A stretch of 64,000 nt of DNA from Squalus acanthias (lineage: Eukaryota), in contig JASTWF010000036.1 in assembly GCA_030390025.1 (NCBI GenBank), positions 3,226,001 through 3,290,000 of the forward strand, given 5' to 3'. Position 1 is the first letter of the stretch. Every line of letters starts with the position of its first letter. The translations under genes were made by a program, and so were the position numbers. The notes under the pieces are model-generated. The model did no database searches, was not told the origin of the DNA, and saw only the letters and a program-made list of their open reading frames with translations. Positions 51,735-61,415 of the stretch are shown here, one piece after another.

Positions 51735-52035
51735 CAGAAAACGTTGGAAAAACTCAGCAGGTCAGGCAGCATCCGTGGAGAGAGAAACAGAGTTAACGTT
51801 TCAGGTCGAAGACCTTTCGTCAGAACTGGAAAAAAGCAGGAAATGGAATAGATTTTAAAGCAAGTTTAGGGGCTGGGAAAAGGGGGAGGGGATGAAAGAA
51901 CAAAAGGGAAGGTCAGCGATAGGATAGAAAGCAGGAGAGATTAAGAGACATTAAGACAGCTGCCTGGCCTGCTGAGTTTTTCCAGCGTTTTCTGTTGTTA
52001 TTTCGGATTTCCAGTATCCGCAGTATTTTGCTATT
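51735..52035. mobile_element. Short Penelope pLTR insertion with inverted (foldback) arrangement
   Basis: Minus-oriented pLTR 51735-51957 joined to a plus-oriented pLTR end 51959-52035. 14-bp TSD CTATATAAATGCAA at 51721-51734 and 52036-52049. Confidence 0.88.
51791..51827 (-). ncRNA. Minimal hammerhead ribozyme motif in a short PLE insertion
   Basis: AGTT CTGACGA A AGGTC ttc GACCT GAAA CG TT AACT. Differences from the other copies fall only at N7, loop II and H17. Confidence 0.8.
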
Positions 52036-53635
52036 CTATATAAATGCAAGTTGTTGTTGTTGTTTGGCCATTCAGTCCCTCGAGCCTGTTCCGCCAGCCA
52101 ATTAGATCGTAGCTGATCTGCACCCCAACTCCATTTACCCATCTTCGCTCCATATCCCTTGATACGCTTACCTAACTAAAACCTATCGATCTCAGTCTTG
52201 AACGCTCCAATTGTCCCCCAGCATCCACAGCCTTTTGGGGACGAGCATTCCAGATTTCCACTACCCTTCGTGTGTGGAAGTGCTTCCTGATTTCACCCCT
52301 GAACGGCCTGGCTCTAATTTTAAGATTGTGCGCCCCTCCCTTGTTCTGGACTCCCCCCACCAGAGGAAACAGTTTCTCTGCATTTACCCGCTTGAATCCT
52401 GTTATCATTTTAAACACCTTGAATAATGACCAGAAGTGAATTCAAAGGCCGGGACATTCCTCAGGAGCAACTCCCACTCCGCCGGCGTTACTTCACCAAA
52501 AAAGTGCGGCGGGAACCCCACTTAGACATGTCAGGGAGCAGTTCCGAGGAATCTCCATTCTACTTCACACTACGTCAGATCCAGAGTTCACACTTTTCTT
52601 CTCAGCTCATGGTAGGTGGGATCTGGAATGGGTTATGAGGCCAGCCCACTCACAGGATTTATTTTGATCAAGAAACCCCTCCCACGTACCATCGCTTAAG
52701 TGTGCGTCCCTGAGGGACACAGAGGCGCGGTTTGCGATGGATCCAACACGCGGGAGGCTTTTAAGATGATGAGAGGTTTTGATAGAGTAGATAAAAACTA
52801 TTCCCTCGGGCGAGTGGGTCAATAACCAGAGGTCATAGATTTAAAATCATTGGCAAAAGATCTAGAAGGGAGATGAGGAGAAATGTTTTCACTCCGAGAG
52901 TTGTGGGGATCTGGAATGCTCTGCCTGAAAAGGTGGTGGAAGCTGATTCCAGAAATCATTTTAAAAGGGAGTTGGACAGGTTCCTGAGGATGAGGAACTT
53001 ACAGGACACGGTCAAAAATCGGGGATGTGGGACTGAGCACGACTGCTCTTTCAAAGAGCCAGCACAGGCACGATGGGCCGAATGGCCTCCTTCTGTGCTG
53101 TAATGTTCTATGATTCTATGATTCATCCTTGTCCTGTCTGAGCACAAATCGAAGCAAAACAAGCTTCACTGGGACACAGAGTTTCTCTGGGGCAGGCGAG
53201 GCAGAGAGAGACAAGCGCTCGCTGAACATGCCACAGCTGGTTTACGCATGTCTCCACTCTCCCCACTGGGGTGTACCAGCAGCTGTGGAAGGGGAAGCAA
53301 GCAAGAACGAGACAGAGAATAAGGGAAAAGCATCTGAAAGAAGCAAAGGAAATCTGCTCCCTTGGAACTTTTAATTCAAAATAAAAGCAGCGTTTCTCAA
53401 TTAAACAGACATTGTGATTTGGGTGGGCTGCAGCTGGAGGGATAGAAGCAAGAGAAGCATTTTCCTCTTAGTAACGCTGTGTCTTTCGGGTGAGACCTTA
53501 AACCAAGATCCTCTCAGGTGGATGTAAAAGATCCCACTGCACGATTCGAAGAGGAGCAGGGGCGTTCTCCCAGTGTCCTGGCCAATATTTATCCCTCAAC
53601 CAACATCACTGAAACAGATTATCTGATCATTATCA

Positions 53636-53817
53636 CATCGCTGGGTCACAATCCTGGAACTCCCTCCCTAACAGCACTGTGGGAGCACCTTCACCACACG
53701 GACTGCAGCGGTTCAAGAAGGCGGCTCACCACCACCTTCTCAAGGGGCAATTAGGGATGGGCAATAAATGCTGGCCTTGCCAGCGACGCCCACATCCCAT
53801 GAATGAATTTAAAAAAA
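53636..53817 (+). mobile_element. CR1-Zenon-like LINE 3' end
   Basis: GLQRFKKAAHHHLLKG plus 3' UTR and A tail. Confidence 0.8.
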
Positions 53818-54080
53818 TCTCTTTTAAAACCCAAGTTTGGTGTCACCCAACCACCACTTCGTCACTTGCTTCATCTTCTCTTCTACCCATTTCAACTTTG
53901 GAGGAGTCCTGTATTTGACCCTTCCCCCTGGGTTTCTCAATTAGAAATAATCCCCAACCCTCTGGGCTCTGTACAGGCAGAAAGCTGAGCCACCAGATAA
54001 AAGCAGAATCACTTGAATTATGGAGAAGAGGGGATTGCAGATAAATAGCGCTCAAAGGGGAAGTATATTTTAATTCTTTC

Positions 54081-54427
54081 AAATTCTCATCCTGGTTTTC
54101 AAATCTCCTTTCATATCCCTTGGCATTACATTCACTACATCCTCAAGGTGGAATGACATAGGCACAAGAGCATCTCTTACTTGTGTTCAAATCCCTCCAT
54201 GGCCTCGTCCCTCCCTATCTCTGTAACCTCCTCCAGCGCCACAACCCTCCGAGATCTCTGCACTCCTCTAATTCTGGCCTCTTGCGTATCCCCAATTTTA
54301 ATCGCTCCACCATTGGCGGCCGTGCCTTCAGCTGCCTGGGCCCTAAGCTCTGGAATTCCCTCCCTAAACCTCTCCGCCTCTCTACCTCTCTCTCCTCCTT
54401 TAAGACGCTCTTTAGAACCTACCTCTT
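54081..54427 (+). mobile_element. L2-clade LINE 3' fragment
   Basis: FKSLHGLVPPYLCNLL..RSLHSS..GGRAFSCLGPKLWNSLP..SFKT. Confidence 0.8.
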
Positions 54428-54436
54428 AGAGTCATA

Positions 54437-55329
54437 GGGGGAGAAATTCAGTATCGCCACATTTGGGGCGCAATTATCGGCCGGGCGCAAAGATTAGCGC
54501 CTGGCGCTAATTATCGCCACCGACTGCAAACTTGACTTTTATCGCCCCTGGAGGTGATTGGAGCGCTAAATCAGGCGCTTCACACCTGTCTTAAGGCGCA
54601 AAGGCCGAGGAGCGAGGCGCTACCTCAGAGCGCTGGCAAAGCTCATGTGATGTCAGTCAGCAATGGAACACACACACAATGGCACGGGCCAGTTCTTAAA
54701 GGGGATGGTTGATCTTGGTTTCCATCCACATCCTGCTCATTGCAGCCTTGAATCTCGGCATGGAGAGACCTGCACATCAAATCTGCTGTAAAGCAAAATG
54801 GAGAGTACCAGGGAAAGAGCTCAGAGTGCAGCCCCCACAGTCTCTTCTAAATCGATACAAAGAATGGCAGATCAAAATGAACCTGCAAAGTGCTGCTCAG
54901 TACCCAAAACTCCTTCACACAGCGTTGAATCTCTCCAGAAGTCTCTCTCCCTCTCTCTCAGAATGCGTGGTTCAAAAATGGCACCAACAATAAAAGGCAG
55001 GAAGCGGTCGCCTTTAAATAGCGCTCCCCCAGTCCCTTCATGACTGCAAAACGCTCCCCTCAACCTGTCGTTGCTAGCGTCAGGCGGTAAGGCAGGGGGC
55101 GCCACTCAATATCCGCTCCAGGGCGATACCGGGGCGTTGCGCACTCGACTGACGTCACGATCTGCCGGCGCAGGAGATCGTGGCGGTAGTGTTTAGCGCC
55201 GCCGCAAAATGTCTAGTTAATTTCGCGAGCGGCGCAAACATCGCCGCGCCTGGGCGCTAGCTGATTTGCGCCCCATTAGCGCCCTCTTAAGGCGCTAATG
55301 GGAGGCGCAACCAACTGAATTTTTCCCCC
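54437..55329. mobile_element. Harbinger-like MITE, copy 1 (893 bp)
   Basis: TIRs GGGGGAGAAATTCAGT / ACTGAATTTTTCCCCC; 3-bp TSD ATA. Confidence 0.88.
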
Positions 55330-55665
55330 ATAGAGTCATAGAGTTATACAGCACAGAAAGAGACCCTTCAGCCCATCGTGTCCGCACCAGCCATCAAGCC
55401 CTGTCTATTCTAATCCCATTTTTCAGCACTTGGTCAATAGCCTTGTATGCTATGGTGTTGGGGAGGGTTTAAACTAAAATGGCAGGGGGTTGGGAACCTG
55501 TGCAGGGAGACAGAGGAAAGGGAAGCAAGGATAGAAGCAAAAGACAGGAAGGAGAAAAGCAAAAGTGTCAGTCAGAGAAATCAAGGGTGTAAATCAAACA
55601 TGGCCACAGTAAATAATAATTCTAAAAGGTCTAAGAGTGTTAAAAAAAACAAGCCTGAAGGCTTT

Positions 55666-56558
55666 GGGGGAGAAATTCAGTATCGCCCCATTTGGGGCGC
55701 AATTATCGGCCGGGCGCAAAGATTAGCGCCTGGCGCTAATTATCGACACCGACTGCAAACTTGACTTTTATCGCCCCTGGAGGTGATTGGAGCGCTAAAT
55801 CAGGCGCTTCACACCTGTCTTAAGGCGCAAAGGCCGAGGAGCGAGGCGCTACCTCAGAGCGCTGGCAAAGCTCATGTGATGTCAGTCAGCAATGGAACAC
55901 ACACACAATGGCACGGGCCAGTTCTTAAAGGGGATGGTTGATCTTGGTTTCCATCCACATCCTGCTCATTGCAGCCTTGAATCTCGGCATGGAGAGACCT
56001 GCACATCAAATCTGCTGTAAAGCAAAATGGAGAGTACCAGGGAAAGAGCTCAGAGTGCAGCCCCCACAGTCTCTTCTAAATCGATACAAAGAATGGCAGA
56101 TCAAAATGAACCTGCAAAGTGCTGCTCAGTACCCAAAACTCCTTCACACAGCGTTGAATCTCTCCAGAAGTCTCTCTCCCTCTCTCTCAGAATGCGTGGT
56201 TCAAAAATGGCACCAACAATAAAAGGCAGGAAGCGGTCGCCTTTAAATAGCGCTCCCCCAGTCCCTTCATGACTGCAAAACGCTCCCCTCAACCTGTCGT
56301 TGCTAGCGTCAGGCGGTAAGGCAGGGGGCGCCACTCAATATCCGCTCCAGGGCGATACCGGGGCGTTGCGCACTCGACTGACGTCACGATCTGCCGGCGC
56401 AGGAGATCGTGGCGGTAGTGTTTAGCGCCGCCGCAAAATGTCTAGTTAATTTCGCGAGCGGCGCAAACATCGCCGCGCCTGGGCGCTAGCTGATTTGCGC
56501 CCCATTAGCGCCCTCTTAAGGCGCTAATGGGAGGCGCAACCAACTGAATTTTTCCCCC
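55666..56558. mobile_element. Harbinger-like MITE, copy 2 (chimeric)
   Basis: Same TIRs. Left flank TTT as in copy 3, right flank ATA as in copy 1. Confidence 0.88.
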
Positions 56559-56894
56559 ATAGAGTCATAGAGTTATACAGCACAGAAAGAGACCCTTCAG
56601 CCCATCGTGTCCGCACCAGCCATCAAGCCCTGTCTATTCTAATCCCATTTTTCAGCACTTGGTCAATAGCCTTGTATGCTATGGTGTTGGGGAGGGTTTA
56701 AACTAAAATGGCAGGGGGTTGGGAACCTGTGCAGGGAGACAGAGGAAAGGGAAGCAAGGATAGAAGCAAAAGACAGGAAGGAGAAAAGCAAAAGTGTCAG
56801 TCAGAGAAATCAAGGGTGTAAATCAAACATGGCCACAGTAAATAATAATTCTAAAAGGTCTAAGAGTGTTAAAAAAAACAAGCCTGAAGGCTTT

Positions 56895-57787
56895 GGGGGA
56901 GAAATTCAGTATCGCCCCATTTGGGGCGCAATTATCGGCCGGGCGCAAAGATTAGCGCCTGGCGCTAATTATCGACACCGACTGCAAACTTGACTTTTAT
57001 CGCCCCTGGAGGTGATTGCAGCGCTAAATCAGGCGCTTCACACCTGTCTTAAGGCGCAAAGGCCGAGGAGCGAGGCGCTACCTCAGAGCGCTGGCGAAGC
57101 TCATGTAATGTCAGTCAGCAATGGAACACGCACACAATGGCACTGGCCAGTTCTTAAAGGGGATGGTTAATCTTGCTTTCCATCCACATCCTGCTCATTG
57201 CAGCCTTGAATCTCGGCCTGGAGAGACCTGCACATCAAATGTGCTGGAAAGAACAATGGAGAGTACCAGGCAAAGAGCTCAGAGTGCAGCCCCCAAAGTC
57301 TCTGCTAAATCGATACAAGGAATTGCAAATCAAAATGAACCTGCAAAGTGCTGCTCAGTACCCAAAACTCCTTCACAGAACGTAGAATCTCTCCAGAAGT
57401 CTCTCCCTCTCTCTCTCAGAATGCGTAGTTCAAAAATGGCACCAACAATAAAAGGCAGGAAGCGGTCACCTTTAAATAGCGCTCCCACTTTCCTTTCATG
57501 ACTGCAGAACGCTCCCCTCAACCTGTCGTCGCTAGCGTCAGGTGGTAAGGCAGGGGGCGCCACTCAATATCCGCTCCGGGGTGATACCGGGGCGTTGCGC
57601 ACTCGAGTGACGTCATGATCTGCCGGCGCAGGAGATCGTGGCGGTAGTGTTTAGCGCCGCCGCAAAATGTCTAGTTAATTTCACGAGCGGCGCAAACTTC
57701 GCCACGCCTGGGCGCTAGATGCTTTGCGCCCCATTAGCGCCCTCTTAAGGCGCTAACGGGAGGCGCAACCAATTGAATTTTTCCCCC
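56895..57787. mobile_element. Harbinger-like MITE, copy 3
   Basis: Same TIRs; TSD TTT. Interrupts the CR1 at aagcctgaaggc TTT gtgtcttaatgca. Confidence 0.88.
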
Positions 57788-58179
57788 TTTGTGTCTTAAT
57801 GCAAGGAGAATTCATAATAAGGTGGATGAATTAGCTGCGCAAATAGATGTAAACGGATATGATATAATTGGGATTACGGAGACATGGCTCCAAGGTGACC
57901 AAGGCTGGGAATTCAACATCCAGGGGTATTCAATATTCAGGAAAGACAGGCAAAAAGGAAAAGGAGGTGGGGTAGCATTGCTGGTTAAAGAGGAGATTAA
58001 CACAATAGTAAGGAAGGATATTAGCTCTGATGATGTGGAATCTGTATGGGTAGAGCTGAGAAATACCAAGGGGCAGAAAACGTTAGTGGGAGTTGTATAC
58101 AGACCCCCAAACAGTAATAACAACAGAAAACGCTGGAAAAACTCAGCAGGCCAGGCAGCATCCGTGGAGAGAGAAAGAG

Positions 58180-58216
58180 AGTTGACGTTTCAGGTCGATG
58201 ACCTTTCATCAGAACT
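58180..58216 (-). ncRNA. Minimal type I hammerhead ribozyme motif (downstream pLTR)
   Basis: Identical to the copy at 61379-61415. Confidence 0.85.
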
Positions 58217-58492
58217 GGGAAGAGCTGGAAATCAAATAGATTTAAGGCCAGGGTAAAGCTGGGAAAAGGGGGAGGGGATAAAGGAACAAAGGAGGAGATG
58301 AAGAGACATTAAGAGACATTAAGAGATATGCAAGGCTAGAGGTGGTGTTAATGTGACAGATTAAGGCTGAATGAAGTGTGAAATCTACTGGCAGAATGAA
58401 GGACAGCTGCCAGCTTCTAGGAGGAAAAAAAAGGTGGGGGGGACAAATAAAAGGGTGGATAAAATAAAATATAAATGTGATTGGAGCTGAGG

Positions 58493-61243
58493 TTATGATC
58501 TGAAATTGTTGAACTCGATATTGAGTCCAGAGGGCTGTAGCGTGCCTAAACGAAAGATGAGGTGCTGTTCCTCGAGCTTACGCTGAGCTTCCGTGGAACA
58601 GTGTATTAGGCCGAGGACGGTGAGGTCAGAGTGGGAGTGAAGCGGTGAATTAAAGTGACAGGCCACCGGGAGCTCGGGGTCCCCCTTACGGACTGAACGG
58701 AGGTGTTCCGCAAAGCGGTCACCCAATCTGCGTTTGGTCTCCCCAATGTAGAGGAGTCCACATCGTGAGCAGCGAATACAGTATACTAAATTGTAGGAAG
58801 TACAAGTAAATCGCTGTTTCACCTGGAAGGGGTGTTTGGGGCCCTGGACAGTGGGAAGAGGGGAGGTATAAGGGCATGTGTTGCATCTCCTGCGCGTGCA
58901 CGGGAAGGTGCCGGGCGAAGGGGAAGGGGTGCTGGGGGTGGTAGAGGAGTGGACTAGGGTGTCGCGGAGGGAGCGGTCCCTGCGGAATGCTGAAAGGGGA
59001 GGTGAGGGGAAGATGTGTTTGGTGGTGGGATCACGCTGGAGGTGGCGGAAATGGCGGAGGATGATCCGTTGAATGTGGAGGCTGGTGGGGTGAAAGGTGA
59101 GGACAAGGGGAACCCTATCGTGGTTCCGGGAGGGAGGGGCAGGGGTGAGGGCAGATGTGCGGGAGATAGAACGGACACGGTCGAGGGCCGTGTCGACCAC
59201 GGTAGAGGGGAATCCTCGGTTGAGGAAAAAGGAAGACATGTCGGAAGCACTGGTATGGAAGGTGGCATCATCAGAGCAGATGCGGCGGAGACGGAGAAAC
59301 TGGGAGAATGGAATAGAGTCCTTACAGGAGGCGGGGTGGGAGGAAGTGTAGTCCAGGTAGCTGTGGGAGTCGGTGGGCTTGTAGTGAATGTTAGTCAATA
59401 ACCTATCCCCAGAGATGGAGATGGAGAAGTCGAGGAAGGGAAGAGAAGAGTCGGAGATGGACCATGTGAAGGTGAGGGAAGGGTGGAAATTGGAAGCATA
59501 GTGAATGAAATGTTCTAGTTCAGGGCGAGAGCAGGAGACGGCACCGATACAGTCATCAATGTACCGGAAAAAGAGGTGAGGGAGGGGACCCGAGTAGGAC
59601 TGGAACAAAGAGTGTTCCACATATCCCACGAAAAGGCAGGCATAGCTAGGACCCATGCGGGTACCCATAGCAACACCTTTAATTTGGAGGAAATGGGTAG
59701 AGTCAAAGGAGAAGTTGTTCAATGTGAGAACAAGTTCAGCCAGGCGGAGGAGGGTGGTGGTGGATGGGGACTGGTTGGGCCTCTGTTCAAGGAAGAAGCG
59801 GAGCGCCCTCAGGCCATCCTGGTGGGGAATGGAGGTGTAGAGGGATTGTACGTCCATAGTGAAGAGGAGACGGTTGGGGCCGGGAAACTGGAAACTGTTA
59901 AAATGGCGGAGGGCATCGGAAGAGTCGCGGATGTAGGTGGGAAGAGACTGGACAAGGGGAGAAAAAATAGAGTCGAGATAGGAAGAGATAAGTTCCGTGG
60001 GGCAAGAACAGGCTGAAACGATGGGTCTACCGGGGCAGTCCTGTTTGTGGATCTTGGGAAGGAGGTAGAAGCGGGCTGTGCGGGGTTGGGGAACTATGAG
60101 GTTGGCGGCCGTGGGGGGAAGATCTCCAGAGGAGATGAGGTCAGTGACAGTCTTGGACACGGTGGCTTGATGTTCGGTAGTGGGGTCATGGTCCAGGTGG
60201 AGGTAGGAGGAGGTGTCAGAGAGTTGGCGTTCAACTTCCGCTAGGTAGAGGTCGGTTCGCCAAACAACAACAGCGCCACCCTTGTCAGCAGGTTTAATGA
60301 CAATGTCAGGGTTGGATCGGAGAGAATGGAGTGCTGCAAGTTCAGAGGGAGGTAGGTTGGAGTGAGTGAGGGGAGCAGAGAAATTGAGCTGGCCGATGTC
60401 ACGGCGGCAGTTAGCAATGAAAAGATCAAGAGAGGGTAAGAGGCCAGAGGGAGGGGTCCAGGTGGAACGAGAATTCTGAAAGCGGGAGAAAGGGTCAGCC
60501 GTGCGGGGGGAAGACTCCTGGCCAGAGAAGTGGGCACGGAGACGGAGGCGGCGGAAAAAGAGCTCAGCATCGTGCCGAGCTCGAAATTCATTGAGATGGG
60601 GGCGTAAGGGGATGAAGCTCAGGCCTTTGCTGAGGACTGATCGTTCGGAGTCAGAGAGGGGAAGGTCAGAGGGGATAGTGAAAACGCGGCAGGGGGTGAG
60701 ATTGGGAGAAGGGGGGTCAGAGGAAAGTGAAGGGGAAGAAGGTTCCGGAGGGGCTTTAGTGTCCAAGAGTTGTTGAAGCTTGCGATCCTTGACATCGGAA
60801 AGGAAGAAGAAAAGTTTTTTGTTGAAGCGTCGGATGAGTCTAAGGATGAAATGGAACTGTGGACCCGGACAGCTTTGAGATAGAGTGCGTCGGTGCTGCT
60901 GAAGAGAGATGTCGAGAGTGTTCATGTGGCGCCGCATGGCATTGAGCGTGGATCTCAAGATGCGGCGAGAGCAGTAGTTCGAGGAACGATGAATATCTTG
61001 GAGATATTTGTAATCCTGGGTGGATCCGAAACACGAAGGGTGGAAGTTTAGTTGGAATCCACGTGGGATAAGTCGGAACCGGAGACAGTTGCTGAGGAAA
61101 GTAATGTGGCTGTGAAACCGAGTCTTGGCAGATACCTGATCAAACACGAGAAGGGAAACTGAAATCAATGAAGATGAACAAGGTTGAAGAGCCAAACGGA
61201 AATCCCGTCGAAGAGAAGAGCAGAACTTCTTCAAGGTAGGCAT
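58493..61243 (-). CDS. Penelope-like RT plus GIY-YIG endonuclease polyprotein (about 916 aa from ATG 61243; the frame is open back to 61408)
   Basis: Uninterrupted ORF containing IKPADKGGAVVVW, LPKIHK, GRPIVS, MDVQSLYTSIP, GVAMGTRMGPSYA, RYIDD, a CxxxxCxxC linker and VYCIRCSRCGLLYIGET (GIY-YIG). The start codon is uncertain. Confidence 0.92.
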   Translation of the reverse strand: MPTLKKFCSSLRRDFRLALQPCSSSLISVSLLVFDQVSAKTRFHSHITFLSNCLRFRLIPRGFQLNFHPSCFGSTQDYKYLQDIHRSSNYCSRRILRSTLNAMRRHMNTLDISLQQHRRTLSQSCPGPQFHFILRLIRRFNKKLFFFLSDVKDRKLQQLLDTKAPPEPSSPSLSSDPPSPNLTPCRVFTIPSDLPLSDSERSVLSKGLSFIPLRPHLNEFRARHDAELFFRRLRLRAHFSGQESSPRTADPFSRFQNSRSTWTPPSGLLPSLDLFIANCRRDIGQLNFSAPLTHSNLPPSELAALHSLRSNPDIVIKPADKGGAVVVWRTDLYLAEVERQLSDTSSYLHLDHDPTTEHQATVSKTVTDLISSGDLPPTAANLIVPQPRTARFYLLPKIHKQDCPGRPIVSACSCPTELISSYLDSIFSPLVQSLPTYIRDSSDALRHFNSFQFPGPNRLLFTMDVQSLYTSIPHQDGLRALRFFLEQRPNQSPSTTTLLRLAELVLTLNNFSFDSTHFLQIKGVAMGTRMGPSYACLFVGYVEHSLFQSYSGPLPHLFFRYIDDCIGAVSCSRPELEHFIHYASNFHPSLTFTWSISDSSLPFLDFSISISGDRLLTNIHYKPTDSHSYLDYTSSHPASCKDSIPFSQFLRLRRICSDDATFHTSASDMSSFFLNRGFPSTVVDTALDRVRSISRTSALTPAPPSRNHDRVPLVLTFHPTSLHIQRIILRHFRHLQRDPTTKHIFPSPPLSAFRRDRSLRDTLVHSSTTPSTPSPSPGTFPCTRRRCNTCPYTSPLPTVQGPKHPFQVKQRFTCTSYNLVYCIRCSRCGLLYIGETKRRLGDRFAEHLRSVRKGDPELPVACHFNSPLHSHSDLTVLGLIHCSTEAQRKLEEQHLIFRLGTLQPSGLNIEFNNFRS

Positions 61244-61378
61244 TCCAAGAAGAGAGGTGGCAGTGAACCAAACACTAATACGATAGCAAAATACTGCAGA
61301 TGCTGGAAATCCGAAATAACAACAGAAAACGCTGGAAAAACTCAGCAGGCCAGGCAGCATCCGTGGAGAGAGAAAGAG

Positions 61379-61415
61379 AGTTGACGTTTCAGGTCGATGA
61401 CCTTTCATCAGAACT
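61379..61415 (-). ncRNA. Minimal type I hammerhead ribozyme motif (upstream pLTR)
   Basis: Minus strand AGTT CTGATGA A AGGTC atc GACCT GAAA CG TC AACT: core CUGAUGA/GAAA, stem II AGGTC/GACCT, stem I AGTT/AACT, GUC cleavage triplet. Confidence 0.85.

Larger units (their letters stand above)
51365..52062 (+). mobile_element. L2-clade LINE 3' end with (GTT)n tail, split by the short PLE insertion
   Basis: Same family. Other copies at 19670-19995 (-), 30495-30926 (-) and 50099-50441 (-). Confidence 0.82.

Noticed and set aside
53150..53330. Strong pyrimidine tract and CAG followed by LLV..., resembling ITGA7 exon 2
   Set aside because: It reads LLVHPSGES.. rather than LLVGAP..NRTGG..CP, runs into a stop, and has no suitable donor. 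Exon 2 is probably beyond the window.
59015..60776. Plus-strand ORFs opposite the PLE
   Set aside because: They are antisense shadows of the C/T-rich PLE coding strand with no recognisable domains.
61244..61408. 971-aa ORF start at 61408
   Set aside because: That ATG is part of the hammerhead core CTGATGA, is ACG in the other copies, and lies 5' of the predicted cleavage site. ATG 61243 is more plausible.
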